Shown here: positions 30,846 to 41,117 of the stretch, piece by piece
Numbering within the stretch: position 1 is the stretch's first letter
Layout of the letters: each line of letters opens with the position of its first letter
Origin: Acidobacteriota bacterium
GTDB taxonomy: Bacteria; Acidobacteriota; UBA6911; RPQK01; JAJDTT01
Reading direction: 5' to 3'
DNA length: 64,000 bases
NCBI GenBank assembly: GCA_965218775.1
Contig: CBDCLS010000005.1
Coordinates: 961,263 to 1,025,262 of the forward strand
Translations under genes and position numbers: made by a program
Notes under the pieces: model-generated
The model's database searches: none
Seen by the model: only the letters and a program-made list of their open reading frames with translations
Told to the model about the DNA's origin: nothing

Positions 30846-32390
30846 ATGCGAAAGATGCGGGCAGTTCGTTCGACCATACCCTTGTTTGTTCTGGTGGCTC
30901 TGCTTGCTGGTTGGTACGCTGCGGTTACCAGTGCAACTGCGCTAGCAGCCCACACTCTCGATTTTCAAGTCGGCACCAGGAAGACGTCTCTGCGTTCGCA
31001 CGAACGGAACGGTAAGCTTCTTTACAGTCTCAAGGATGTCACTGCCGCGCTAGGTATTCGGACGCGCGACGAGGCGGGCCGCCTGGTTATGGAGGGTCCC
31101 GCGGGCAAGCTCGAGTTGATGGACGATCGACCGTTGGTCAGGTTTCAACAGGAGTACGTTCTCATCTCGAGTCCCTGTTGGAGAAAGGGGAAGTCGGACT
31201 GGTACGCACCAGAGGATTTTATTGCCAAGGTTCTGCCCAACATACTGACGGGACGCCTGCTGAGAATGAGTGGCGGATACCGCTTCGACGGCCTGGCCGT
31301 GAATCGGGTTCAAGTAGAGGTCGTCAATCACTCAGATCACGTCAGCATCACCTTCCTCCCCAGTCAGCTGGGCTCGATTCGGGTGAGGGAACAAGAGAAG
31401 CAGATTGAGGTAGAGTTGGGAGAGTATCTAATTCGCCCGGACCTTCCCTACAACCAACCCCAGACCCAATTGGTTTCGTCCTTGGAATTCGATTCTCAAG
31501 GTCCGTACGGAACCTTTCGCATCCATAAGGGCAGAGGCTTCGGCTTCATGAGGCAGCGGGAATTACCCAGACCTGATCGGACCGTAATCGAGATCTACCC
31601 TCTCTCGGGAGCTGACACGTCCAATACTTCAGCGCGTCCAGCCATTTCGGGGAAGGCTTCGCTCGGACCTGACTTTACTGATTTCGCTCCTCGGGGCCGA
31701 AGTATGGGTGTCATTACGCTTGATCCAGGACATGGAGGGGAAGACGCGGGCGCGAAATGGGCGGAGGAAGTGCTCGAGAAAAATCTGGTCCTACAGCTGG
31801 CGAGTCAAGTGGAGGATCGCCTAAATCAGGGATCCCTTCGGCCTCAACTGACTCGGACTCGGGATATAACCCTCTCCCCGACCCAGAGAAGTTCGTTCGC
31901 CAATTATCACAGCTGTCGAGCCTTTATTAGTCTCCATGCAGGGGGGGCACCGCATGCGCGCAGTCACGGCGGAGTCGTCTACGTCCACGACTACCTGGAT
32001 TCAGCATCAGCCTCGAAGTCCGAAGCCGAAACAGACCTGGTTTTCTGGGAGGACGGCCAGCGCTCCCACCGGTCGGAGAGCTTGCGTCTTGCCAAACTCA
32101 TTCAGGCAGAGTTGAACCAGCTTTACGAGACCCGGAACTCGGTCGTGAAGGTTCCACTCACGGTGCTGGCCCCCGTGGCAGCACCGGCCGTATTGATCGA
32201 GGTTGGATTTCTGACTCACGAAGGTGATCGGGAGAAGCTGAGCTCGATTGAGTTCCAGGGGGAACTGGCTGGGGCCATTTCGAGAGCGGTAGTCACGTTC
32301 CTCGAAAACGACAGCGCTGCCCGCCGGCGGAATCCAGACGACAGGTTGACTTGGGCTCTTAGAACTTCCGGGGATCGAAGAGCGAGATAG
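30846..32390 (+). CDS. amiC: N-acetylmuramoyl-L-alanine amidase (Amidase_3, AmiC-like)
   Basis: Signal peptide; catalytic-domain start ITLDPGHGGEDAGA; zinc-ligand pattern HAGG; ~510 aa. Confidence 0.85.
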   Translation: MRKMRAVRSTIPLFVLVALLAGWYAAVTSATALAAHTLDFQVGTRKTSLRSHERNGKLLYSLKDVTAALGIRTRDEAGRLVMEGPAGKLELMDDRPLVRFQQEYVLISSPCWRKGKSDWYAPEDFIAKVLPNILTGRLLRMSGGYRFDGLAVNRVQVEVVNHSDHVSITFLPSQLGSIRVREQEKQIEVELGEYLIRPDLPYNQPQTQLVSSLEFDSQGPYGTFRIHKGRGFGFMRQRELPRPDRTVIEIYPLSGADTSNTSARPAISGKASLGPDFTDFAPRGRSMGVITLDPGHGGEDAGAKWAEEVLEKNLVLQLASQVEDRLNQGSLRPQLTRTRDITLSPTQRSSFANYHSCRAFISLHAGGAPHARSHGGVVYVHDYLDSASASKSEAETDLVFWEDGQRSHRSESLRLAKLIQAELNQLYETRNSVVKVPLTVLAPVAAPAVLIEVGFLTHEGDREKLSSIEFQGELAGAISRAVVTFLENDSAARRRNPDDRLTWALRTSGDRRAR

Positions 32391-32397
32391 CGAAGTA

Positions 32398-32976
32398 ATG
32401 AAGGAGTATCGAATTGTCCTGACTGTTTTCCTTTTGGTGGGGGGTGCTCTGATAGCCGCAGTTTACTTCTTCGAGTCTGAACGCGAGCGCCATCAGCAAA
32501 TTGAAGAAGCCGACCAAGAGGTGCTCGATGTCGAGTCAAGTGTAGTGGAAGTAAAAGGAGAGGGCGAATTGCAGGTCAAGCTTTTCTTCTGCGCGGCGGG
32601 AACGAAGGGGCCGAGCACCAGAGCCTTCGAGATTGAAGAACGGACCATTCTTCAGACCGAAGATTCGGTCTTGAACGCGCGACAGATTGTTAACGAGATC
32701 GTGAAGAGCAGGGGAGAGCAATCCCCTCGGATATTCTCGGAGGAAGCAAGAGTGCGACAAATCTATCTGCTCGACGACGGGACGGCTCTGGTAGATCTGG
32801 CGCAGGAGACCACCCAACGACTGGCTGGGGGAATCACCTCGGAGCTATGTGCTATTCGCTCGATCACCCGTTCTTTGAAGGAAAACCTGGCTCAGATCAA
32901 GAGGGTCAAATTCCTGGTCGAAGGAGAGGAGCGAGCGACCCTCGCTGGTCATGTTTCCATTGGTAGACCCTTCTAG
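32398..32976 (+). CDS. GerMN-domain protein (commonly paired with Amidase_3)
   Basis: N-terminal TM/signal, 192 aa, ...VDLAQE...LVNEIV... GerMN-like pattern, located immediately downstream of the amidase. Confidence 0.45.
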   Translation: MKEYRIVLTVFLLVGGALIAAVYFFESERERHQQIEEADQEVLDVESSVVEVKGEGELQVKLFFCAAGTKGPSTRAFEIEERTILQTEDSVLNARQIVNEIVKSRGEQSPRIFSEEARVRQIYLLDDGTALVDLAQETTQRLAGGITSELCAIRSITRSLKENLAQIKRVKFLVEGEERATLAGHVSIGRPF

Positions 32977-32988
32977 TAGAATTGGAAA

Positions 32989-33789
32989 ATGACGTTTCGA
33001 GGTGACGGTCGTCAAGTCGACGAGTTGCGACCCGTATCCATCTTTCCCGACTACAACAGGCATGCTGAGGGGTCCGCCCTTATCGAGTGTGGAAATACCC
33101 GGGTCATCTGTACTGCGAGCGTTGAGAACAAGGTGCCTCCCTTCCTGAGAGGGACGGGCCAGGGGTGGATAACTTCCGAGTACGGGATGATTCCCAGGTC
33201 TACTTCCACCCGCATGATCAGGGAGTCTTCGAAAGGTAAGCCCTCGGGCCGGACCCAGGAGATCCAACGGCTGATTGGCCGTTCCCTTCGGTCTGTAGTG
33301 GACATGGAAAGCATGGGTGAGCGTACGATCTGGGTGGATTGCGATGTCATCCAGGCAGATGGGGGAACGCGGACGGCGGCCATCACGGGATCCTTCATAG
33401 CTCTTGCGCTTGCCGTAAATGGTTTGAGGCGTCAGCGGGTCCTTTCCAAGGGAATTCTCATTGACTCAGTTGCTGCGGTTAGCGTCGGTATCGTGGACAA
33501 GGAGGCTCTTCTCGACCTCAACTACGAGGAAGACTCGGCCGCTGAAGTAGATATGAATGTGGTCATAACGGGTAGGGATTTATTCGTCGAGGTTCAGGGG
33601 ACTGCTGAAGGCCAGCCTTATTCTCAAGACGATCTGAACCGTCTACTGCAGTTGGCCCGAGGTGGAATTCACCAGCTCATCGAGAAACAGAGGGAGATAC
33701 TGGAGCAGAGCGTGGAAGACACTTCCGAGCTGTTTCAAGAAGAGGTTGAGACTGCGCAAGTTGCGGCTCCTTCTGGCGACCAAGAATAA
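32989..33789 (+). CDS. rph: Ribonuclease PH
   Basis: RxDGRxxDELR start ([13 protein letters not shown]), [26 protein letters not shown] motifs. Confidence 0.9.
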   Translation: MTFRGDGRQVDELRPVSIFPDYNRHAEGSALIECGNTRVICTASVENKVPPFLRGTGQGWITSEYGMIPRSTSTRMIRESSKGKPSGRTQEIQRLIGRSLRSVVDMESMGERTIWVDCDVIQADGGTRTAAITGSFIALALAVNGLRRQRVLSKGILIDSVAAVSVGIVDKEALLDLNYEEDSAAEVDMNVVITGRDLFVEVQGTAEGQPYSQDDLNRLLQLARGGIHQLIEKQREILEQSVEDTSELFQEEVETAQVAAPSGDQE

Positions 33790-34345
33790 AGGGAAGCTGA
33801 TAGAGGTCCAGGACGCGCTGCGCGGGCTGCCCCTCACCCTCGAGACCCTCGTCCAATATCCCGGCCTTCCCGACCCGGTGGAAGACGGGGCTACCTTTGC
33901 CGCGAACGCCAGGCTGAAATCGGAGCACTACCGCCGCCTGACCGGACTGGCAACTCTGGCAGATGATTCGGGGCTCGCGGTCGAGGTGCTCGATGGGGCA
34001 CCGGGGATCCACTCGGCTCGTTTCGCCTCCAGCGATGACGCCAGGATCCGGAAACTACTGTCGACACTTGACCAGGTCGATCCCAACTGGACAAACCTCG
34101 GGGCACGGGCTCGCTTCGCATGTGCTCTCTGCCTCTCGAGGCCGAGTGAGCAGATCGAGGTCGAAGGCGAGGTTTGGGGAGAGATCATCCCAACTCCTCG
34201 AGGCGACGGTGGATTCGGATACGACCCGGTCTTCTATTACCCACCATTGGGCAAGACTTTTGCCGAGCTCACCTTGGTCGAGAAGAATCGGATATCACAC
34301 CGCGCTCAAGCCTTGGATGCGCTGCGATCAAGTTTGGGATCTTGA
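33761..34345 (+). CDS. rdgB: dITP/XTP pyrophosphatase (RdgB/HAM1)
   Basis: [14 protein letters not shown]..., FGYDPVF, EK..ISHR motifs. No ATG in frame; TTG at 33761 (or 33745) is the proposed start. Conserved rph-rdgB pair. Confidence 0.75.
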   Translation: MRLLLATKNKGKLIEVQDALRGLPLTLETLVQYPGLPDPVEDGATFAANARLKSEHYRRLTGLATLADDSGLAVEVLDGAPGIHSARFASSDDARIRKLLSTLDQVDPNWTNLGARARFACALCLSRPSEQIEVEGEVWGEIIPTPRGDGGFGYDPVFYYPPLGKTFAELTLVEKNRISHRAQALDALRSSLGS

Positions 34346-34375
34346 CCAGACTGATGACGGTGAACGCCCAGTGGT

Positions 34376-36445
34376 TCATTCCGGGGCCGTCAGGAGCTCC
34401 TCCAATTCGGCGCGGGTAGTTACTGGCTTCTGACAGGCATAGTCCTGGCAAACATAGGCGGTTGCCTTACCCGCTAGAGCCACCTTCCCTGCCAGTAGGG
34501 GGACCTTGCGTCCCAAGGCATCATCGATTGTCTCCGAGCTCGCGAGCACTTTGTTGGGTAGATAGCGCGCCCTTATGGCCGGCAGCAGTTGCTCCTGTTC
34601 CGTCTGAGGGCCAACTAGTGCGAACTCCTGAACAGGTCCCAGGTAGAAATCGAGGGCCTGAAGCCAATAACCGAAGGCGAGCGGGTGGCGAGATAGAGCC
34701 CGGCTCACACGGCTGAGCATGTGCTCAGCCTTCTCAAGGTAGTCCTGCTTTCCTAGGAGTTTCGCTAGCCGAAGCAGGTTGAAGCAGGCAATGGCATTAC
34801 CGCTGGGAGTGGCGTTGTCCATGTACTCCTTGTGTCTTACCAGGAGTCGCTCGTGGTCAGAAGGAGTGAAGTAGAAATCTCGACTTTCAGGATCCCAGAA
34901 CAACCTGATTTGTGCCTCTGTCAGCTCAGCCGCATTGTCGAGCCATCGAATGTCTCGGGTTGCCTGATAGGTTGCAATCCAGCCCTCGACCACCGCGGCA
35001 TAATCTTCCAGATAGCCGTTCAGCTTGGCATTGCCATCCTTCCAGGTTCGGAAGAGGCGGTCTTCAGCGACCATCTGAGTGGACAGAAATTCGGCGTTGC
35101 TGACGGCAATTTCCAGATAATCGGGGCGGTCCAGGGTGAAGGCTGCCTCGGCGAAAGCCGTCAGCATCAGCCCATTCCAGGAAGCCAGTACCTTGTCGTC
35201 CAGTCCCGGCTTGATTCGTCTTTCCCTTACCTGGAAGAGCTTCTGTCGAGCCTGGGTCAAGAGATCTGTCAGCTGAGCTGGGGAAATGCCTTCATTCCTG
35301 GCGTGAGCAGCCAGTTCCAGTCTGGGATGCAGAACGTTACTTTCTTCGAAATTGCCTACAGAGGTAACGTCGAAATAGTCGTTGAAGATCCCTGCATTCT
35401 CTTCACCCAGGATCTCCAAGACTTCATTCGGGGTCCAGGCATAGAACTTACCCTCTTCTCCTTCGCTGTCGGCATCTTGAGCGGAATAGAAGCCGCCGGC
35501 CGGATGACGCATCTCACGCCCGACATAGTCGAGTGTCTCCTCAACTACAGTGCGATAGAAGGGATTTCCTGTGAGCTGATGTGCCTCCAGATAGACTCTT
35601 GCCAGCAAGGCATTGTCGTAGAGCATCTTTTCGAAGTGGGGGATCAGCCAGCGCTCATCGACGGAGTAGCGGTGGAAGCCTCCCCCTAACTGATCGTAGA
35701 TGCCACCTCGGGCCATCTCATCCAGGGTGAGGTTGGCCATATCCAGAGCTGATGCACTGTCCCTACGCTTCGAGTACCGAAGCAGCGAAGCAAGGACCAT
35801 GGCACTGGGAAACTTGGGCGCACCGCCGAATCCACCGTGGTGTGCGTCGAACTGCTGTCGGCATCCGTTGTAAGCGTCGTCCAGTACCGTCTCTTGAATC
35901 ACCTCCTCGGCGATGCTCCACTGCGAAGCTTCTTGGAGCCGCCGGATGGTCTCAGCTTGACCCGCCTCAATCTCGCCACGGCGCAGACTGTATGCTTCCT
36001 TGATCTGCTCCAGCAGACGTTTGAATCCGGGTCGGCCGTAGCGGTCATCTGGCGGAAAGTAGGTTCCTCCGAAGAATGGCACCAGGTCTGGAGTCAGGAA
36101 GACGGTAAGTGGCCAACCGCCGCTGCCTGTGGTCATCTGGACGAAGTTCATGTAGATGGCATCCAGGTCGGGCCTTTCTTCGCGGTCCACCTTGATATTG
36201 ATGAACTCGTCGTTCATCACTTGTGCGATCTCCTCATTTTCGAACGATTCATGTTCCATCACATGGCACCAGTGGCAGGCGGAGTAGCCAATGCTCAAGA
36301 GGATCGGTTTGTCCTGTTCCCGTGAGGCCGCTAATGCTTCCTTCCCCCAGGGATTCCAGGCCACCGGATTGGAGGCGTGTTGAAGCAGATAGGGACTGCT
36401 TTCTCGGGATAAGCGATTGGTATTCTGAACTGGTTCCTTCGACAT
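34376..36445 (-). CDS. Thioredoxin-domain protein YyaL/DUF255 (SSP411-like, thioredoxin + (alpha/alpha)6 barrel)
   Basis: [13 protein letters not shown]...A......[17 protein letters not shown] motif; 689 aa. Confidence 0.85.
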   Translation of the reverse strand: MSKEPVQNTNRLSRESSPYLLQHASNPVAWNPWGKEALAASREQDKPILLSIGYSACHWCHVMEHESFENEEIAQVMNDEFINIKVDREERPDLDAIYMNFVQMTTGSGGWPLTVFLTPDLVPFFGGTYFPPDDRYGRPGFKRLLEQIKEAYSLRRGEIEAGQAETIRRLQEASQWSIAEEVIQETVLDDAYNGCRQQFDAHHGGFGGAPKFPSAMVLASLLRYSKRRDSASALDMANLTLDEMARGGIYDQLGGGFHRYSVDERWLIPHFEKMLYDNALLARVYLEAHQLTGNPFYRTVVEETLDYVGREMRHPAGGFYSAQDADSEGEEGKFYAWTPNEVLEILGEENAGIFNDYFDVTSVGNFEESNVLHPRLELAAHARNEGISPAQLTDLLTQARQKLFQVRERRIKPGLDDKVLASWNGLMLTAFAEAAFTLDRPDYLEIAVSNAEFLSTQMVAEDRLFRTWKDGNAKLNGYLEDYAAVVEGWIATYQATRDIRWLDNAAELTEAQIRLFWDPESRDFYFTPSDHERLLVRHKEYMDNATPSGNAIACFNLLRLAKLLGKQDYLEKAEHMLSRVSRALSRHPLAFGYWLQALDFYLGPVQEFALVGPQTEQEQLLPAIRARYLPNKVLASSETIDDALGRKVPLLAGKVALAGKATAYVCQDYACQKPVTTRAELEELLTAPE

Positions 36446-36530
36446 GGGTTCTCCTTCCCGGACATTCTAGCGAAAGCGAGGTGCTTGAGCCCACATCAGG
36501 CGGGGGAAAGGGGCATGAAGTGTGTAGGTG

Positions 36531-37208
36531 CTATTCAATCTGAGGAGGGGCGGCATAGCATGTAGGGTCGGGGACGCCGGAAGTCAGAAAAGCCTGCCCC
36601 CTCTGTTGACAGGTGCCACAAGTTCCGCAGTGCAGTGCCTCACCCTTGTAGCAGCTCCAGGTGAGGTGAAACGGGACTTCTAGCTTGCTCCCGATGCTCA
36701 CGATCTCAGCCTTGCTCTTAAGGATGAAAGGCGACCGGATTTCAATGGGTTCGTAATCACACAGTCGGGCGGCTTGGCCCAGGGCCTCTATGAATTCGTG
36801 TCTGCAGTCCGGGTAGACAGCTCGATCTCCGGCATGTGCCCCATAAGCTACTGTTCCGAACTCCGACCCGATGGCCCAGCTGATCGCTACCGCCAACATC
36901 AACATGTTGCGATTGGGAACGACTGTCACTTTCATGTTCTCCACGTCGTAGGCCCCCTCTGGGACGTTGACGCTGGTGTTGGTCAGGGCGCTTTGACCGA
37001 ACAGAGCCTTTAATGAGGATAGGTCGGCGATCTGGAATTCTATCCCTTGCGTCTCACAGATGGTTCGAGCTGAATCCAGCTCCTTCCGGTGACGCTGTCC
37101 GTAGTCGACCCCCAACGCCTTCACCAGATAGCCCTCTGAGATCAGGGAGTAAAGTAGGGTTGTAGAATCCATGCCACCGCTGTAGACAAGAATGGCCTTG
37201 CGGCTCAT
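36531..37208 (-). CDS. queC: 7-cyano-7-deazaguanine synthase
   Basis: KAILVYSGGMDSTT PP-loop and C-terminal zinc-Cys cluster CGTCGTCQQR. Confidence 0.9.
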   Translation of the reverse strand: MSRKAILVYSGGMDSTTLLYSLISEGYLVKALGVDYGQRHRKELDSARTICETQGIEFQIADLSSLKALFGQSALTNTSVNVPEGAYDVENMKVTVVPNRNMLMLAVAISWAIGSEFGTVAYGAHAGDRAVYPDCRHEFIEALGQAARLCDYEPIEIRSPFILKSKAEIVSIGSKLEVPFHLTWSCYKGEALHCGTCGTCQQRGQAFLTSGVPDPTCYAAPPQIE

Positions 37209-37293
37209 GCGCGATCTCCTCCCTTCTATCGTGCTGCTGTCTCGTGTTTCCCGATCGTCAGGCCTGACTGGAATCCGTTCCAGGGGGCATCTG

Positions 37294-37941
37294 CTACGGC
37301 GAGAGACGCTGCCTGATCCAGCCGCCTTGGTCCGAAAGCTGATAGCGCAGCCGATCGTTGAGGCGATTTGGACGTCCCTGCCAGAACTCGATTATGTCCG
37401 CAATCAATCGATAACCTCCCCAATGAGGTGGGCGTGGGATTGGCCGGTCCTGGTAGCGTTGGTCGAGCTCGGTCATGCGCCGCTCCAGAACCTTGCGATC
37501 GTCTACCACCTGACTTTGATGTGAGGTCCAGGCGGCGAGCTGGGCTCCCCTGGGACGGCTCTCGAAATATGTGTCGGAGTCCTCCGATGAAGTTCGTTCC
37601 GTCTTTCCTTCTATTCGTATCTGTCGCTCAAGACTCGGCCACAGGAAAACCAGAGCCGCCCGAGGATTGCCGCTGAGTTCCCGACTTTTGGTGCTTCGAT
37701 AGTCGGTGAAGAAGGTGAATCCATTCTTACCGAAGTCCTTTAGCAGGACGATACGAGCAGAGGGCTTCCCATCCGAAGAGACGGTTGCCAGCGTCATTGC
37801 GTTCGCGTGCGGGACACCTGCGTTGAGAGTTTCCTCGAACCAGCGTTGGAAGAGGACGAAGGGGTTCAGCCCGGCTTCCTCCTCCACCAAGGAGTCCTGT
37901 TTGTACTCGCGACGCTCGCTCAGGTAACGCATCGTTTCCAT
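37294..37941 (-). CDS. pdxH: Pyridoxamine 5'-phosphate oxidase
   Basis: ...TLATV..DG.P..R.VLLK., FFT.Y.S.K...L..NP.A.L.F.W and C-terminal RLND.. motifs. Confidence 0.9.
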   Translation of the reverse strand: METMRYLSERREYKQDSLVEEEAGLNPFVLFQRWFEETLNAGVPHANAMTLATVSSDGKPSARIVLLKDFGKNGFTFFTDYRSTKSRELSGNPRAALVFLWPSLERQIRIEGKTERTSSEDSDTYFESRPRGAQLAAWTSHQSQVVDDRKVLERRMTELDQRYQDRPIPRPPHWGGYRLIADIIEFWQGRPNRLNDRLRYQLSDQGGWIRQRLSP

Positions 37942-37969
37942 GATCGAATGGCCCGCCGCGGGGACGCTG

Positions 37970-40900
37970 CTAGTCGAGCAGGTAATCGCCCTGAAGGAAG
38001 GCGATGACGTCGGCTAGATCCTGTTCCTTTAGATCCTCCTCTAGTCCGTCGGGCATCAGGGAGACGCTCGAGGCCCGAATCTCTACAATCTGAGACCGAA
38101 GAAGCGCCGTTTCCTCTCCTTCACCCCGTCTCATCGTGAGGGTGCCAGGTGTTTCTGAGACGATTAGACCGTCGTGCATTTGGCCATCCTTCGTCATGAT
38201 GACATAGTTGGTGTAGAAGGGCGACACCGCGCGGCTGGGATCGAGAATCGCTTCCAGCAGCTCCCTCTTGCTCTTGCCCTTTACCCGTCCTAGATCCGGC
38301 GCGACACCCTTGCCCTGTCGCCTGAGGTGGCAGCTGGCGCAGTGCTCTTCGAACAGTTTGCGACCGCGAGCGGGACTCGAGAGCAGGCCGATTGCTGCCT
38401 GATGCTCTGTCACCACCAAGGTCCGGTCGCTTTCTCGGTTCTTGAAGATTCGGGTGGCTAATTCCCGGATTTCGGGGGATGGATTTTCTAGCAGCTTCAT
38501 CCGGCGGGGAAGGTCCAGAGCAGATTCTTCGATTTTTCCTGCCTCGACGGCGTGCAGCAGTGACTGGGAGTGTCGGCGTCGGCGCAGAAGAACATCGACG
38601 ACGGGCTGGCGCATCTCAGGTCCAAAGATTCTCCAGCGCTCAATCAGCAAGGCGCCGGCTTGAGCCTCGTCAAAGAGGCCGAGGGTTTGGATGGTATCTT
38701 TCAACAGTTCTGAATGCTGTTGGGGTGAAAGAAGCTGATCGAACACCGGGAGCAGTTGCTGAAACTTGCCACCCGCCAAAGATCGAATGGCCCAACTTCT
38801 CTTCTCGGTAGACAGCATCGGGTCCAGTGCCTGCTGTACCGAAAGTGAGATCAGTTGGTCCAGTTCGAAGTGTTGCGCGACGGCTCTGGCTGCCGCCTGA
38901 ACGGATTCTGAAGAATCAACCAAGAAAGAGCTCAGCACGCTGCCGGCTGCCGGGATTCTGAGTCCTCTGCCCCCAGCTAGCTTGAGCCCGTTCGATAGTC
39001 CAGTCAGGAGCGCAGTCTGATGGTCCGCGTTCCGGAGCGGGTTCTGGCTAACCATAAGGCCGAGCAGGGTGGAGACTTCGCTGCGCTCATTACGGGCTCC
39101 GATGATCGTTCCGATTTCCTTCAGAAACTCCTCTGTAGGTGGTTCGCCCTTCTCCTCTAGCAGGGCTTTGAGCAGTTCAACAGAAGAGCCTGTTTTCGAG
39201 CTCAACACGGCAGCGCGAAGCCAACCATCTTGTCGATCTCTAGAGAGCAGGGATGCCAGAGCGCGGACAGTCGTGCGTCCTGAAAACTGGCCCAACGTCA
39301 ATGCCAGTTGGAAGCGGACACGAGCAGATGAGTCGTCCGTCATGCTCAGAAGATGTGGCTGAAGTTCCTGGAAGTTCTCAGCCAAACGCAGTGCATGCTC
39401 TCGAACATAGAGGCTGGGGTCCCGCAACACCTTTCGGATCAGGGTGGTGTCGAGACCCGAAAGTCCTTCCAGTGCGTATAGAGAGTGGAGGCGCGTCTCG
39501 GCCGCCAGACTTCCCAGACCCGTCTCCTTCAACCACGGAATCGCCTGTCGATCCTGTCTCTCCAGCAGCAGGCGCTGAGCGGTAAGTCTCCACCATGCGT
39601 TAGCATGTGTGAGCAGCTGGACCAGCTCGTAGGTAGAAGCACTGCCAAGGTCGGTTTCCTTGGGGGTTTCCTTGGGGACAGAGGTCTTGGGAAGCACTCG
39701 ATAGATACGTCCCCGATCGTCTCCGGCATAAAAATCCAGATCTCCTTTCAGAGCGTCCGGAATGAACTCGGGTCCCTCTATGACTTGGCGATACATGTCG
39801 ATCACGTACAGATTCCCGTCAGGTCCGTTGGCAAGGTTGCAGGGGCGGAACCAAGGGTCGGTGGAAGCCAGGAACTCCCTCCCCTCCACGGAATCGCCTC
39901 GGCTAGCTACGAAGGTACCGCCTTGAGGACTCAGAATATCTCTGTGTACGAGGTGGCCCGCCACATCCCCGGTAAACAGATTGCCTCGATAGTTCTCGGG
40001 AAAAGTGTCTCCGCTGTAGACCGTCCCTCCTGAAGCAGCGGTGAAGAATCCCGAGGCCTCCTCATTTCGATCCAGCTGGAGCTCCAGAAAGCGCTGCCGT
40101 CGGATCCGAGTCCGCTTCTCCCTCCATTCCTCGGGGGGAGTCAGCTGGAATATGCGCTCACCGTGGTCGGAGATATTCTCTGAGAGCTCAGCAAGTGTGA
40201 AGAAGGGGTTCCTGGCAAGATAGGGGCGGGGCATCACAGCGTGGCTTACGTGACGGGAGTTGTGGGTGGAAAAGCGGTTGCCCCAGGCATCCAATGCGAG
40301 GCCATACTGAGTGGGACCCGAGGCTGGTTCGAAGAGTCCACGGTCGAGGCGGAAGCGGAAATCAGCTCCTAGAACAGAAACCGGCTGCGCATCGGGACGT
40401 TCCGAGAAGGTGATAGACCCCTGTTGCCCGCTGTTCGCAACGTAGATCCAATTGTCGACGGAAAAGCGCAAGTTGGTAATTCTTCCTTCTGGGTGGGCGA
40501 GTCTGAAGCCCGTGAATAGCACTCTACGAATGTCAGCCTTTCCATCTCCATTCGTGTCTTTCAGGTACAGAATGTCGGGTGCCGCGGTCACCAGAATCCC
40601 ACCATTCCAGGGTAGCAGGCTAGCTACTTGAAGAAGATCATCTGCGAAGACAGTAGAGTGGTCGATCCGGCCATCGTTATCCCTATCTTCGAGTAGCTTG
40701 ATTCTCCCCCGGGGAGCTTCTCCCGGCGGTGGATCGAAGGGATAGTCCAGCATCTCGGCCACGAAGGCCCGTCCACGTTCGTCGAAGATCAGCTCAACTG
40801 GATCGACCACATGGGGCTCAGCCGCAAACAACTCTACTCTAAAATGATCCTCAATCCGGAGGCTTTTCAGTCCGTCTTCAGGTGATAAGGGAGCGCTAGA

Positions 40901-40993
40901 CTCGGAGCACCCGATAAGAAAGAGCAGCGCAATGATTCCCAGTACGGATCTCGTTACCGGAGGTGTCACACAATCATCCTCAACCGGCGCCAC
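37970..40993 (-). CDS. PVC-type heme-binding CxxCH protein: membrane-bound dehydrogenase-like beta-propeller domain + HEAT repeats + C-terminal cytochrome c domain
   Basis: N-terminal lipoprotein-like signal (LFLIGCSES); central HEAT-like repeats; C-terminal CASCH followed by ...LMP (Met ligand) cytochrome c fold; 1007 aa. Resembles TIGR02603/02604-type proteins of Planctomycetes/Verrucomicrobia/Acidobacteria. Confidence 0.75.
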   Translation of the reverse strand: MAPVEDDCVTPPVTRSVLGIIALLFLIGCSESSAPLSPEDGLKSLRIEDHFRVELFAAEPHVVDPVELIFDERGRAFVAEMLDYPFDPPPGEAPRGRIKLLEDRDNDGRIDHSTVFADDLLQVASLLPWNGGILVTAAPDILYLKDTNGDGKADIRRVLFTGFRLAHPEGRITNLRFSVDNWIYVANSGQQGSITFSERPDAQPVSVLGADFRFRLDRGLFEPASGPTQYGLALDAWGNRFSTHNSRHVSHAVMPRPYLARNPFFTLAELSENISDHGERIFQLTPPEEWREKRTRIRRQRFLELQLDRNEEASGFFTAASGGTVYSGDTFPENYRGNLFTGDVAGHLVHRDILSPQGGTFVASRGDSVEGREFLASTDPWFRPCNLANGPDGNLYVIDMYRQVIEGPEFIPDALKGDLDFYAGDDRGRIYRVLPKTSVPKETPKETDLGSASTYELVQLLTHANAWWRLTAQRLLLERQDRQAIPWLKETGLGSLAAETRLHSLYALEGLSGLDTTLIRKVLRDPSLYVREHALRLAENFQELQPHLLSMTDDSSARVRFQLALTLGQFSGRTTVRALASLLSRDRQDGWLRAAVLSSKTGSSVELLKALLEEKGEPPTEEFLKEIGTIIGARNERSEVSTLLGLMVSQNPLRNADHQTALLTGLSNGLKLAGGRGLRIPAAGSVLSSFLVDSSESVQAAARAVAQHFELDQLISLSVQQALDPMLSTEKRSWAIRSLAGGKFQQLLPVFDQLLSPQQHSELLKDTIQTLGLFDEAQAGALLIERWRIFGPEMRQPVVDVLLRRRRHSQSLLHAVEAGKIEESALDLPRRMKLLENPSPEIRELATRIFKNRESDRTLVVTEHQAAIGLLSSPARGRKLFEEHCASCHLRRQGKGVAPDLGRVKGKSKRELLEAILDPSRAVSPFYTNYVIMTKDGQMHDGLIVSETPGTLTMRRGEGEETALLRSQIVEIRASSVSLMPDGLEEDLKEQDLADVIAFLQGDYLLD

Positions 40994-41013
40994 ATCTTAG
41001 CACAGAGGCTTTC

Positions 41014-41054
41014 TGGCGGCCTGGAGCCCACCGCTACGCCGGACCCAAAGTTTC
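41014..41054. repeat. REP family A half-copy (right arm plus 3' extension)
   Basis: ggcggcctggagcccaccgctacgccggacccaaagtttcc. Matches the right arm and the tccggacccgaagtttcg extension of copy 2. Confidence 0.55.
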
Positions 41055-41117
41055 CTTCTGAATGATACGGCTCGCAGCCGGTGGCGGGGCTAAACTGGAA
41101 CTGGTTCTCTACGAACT

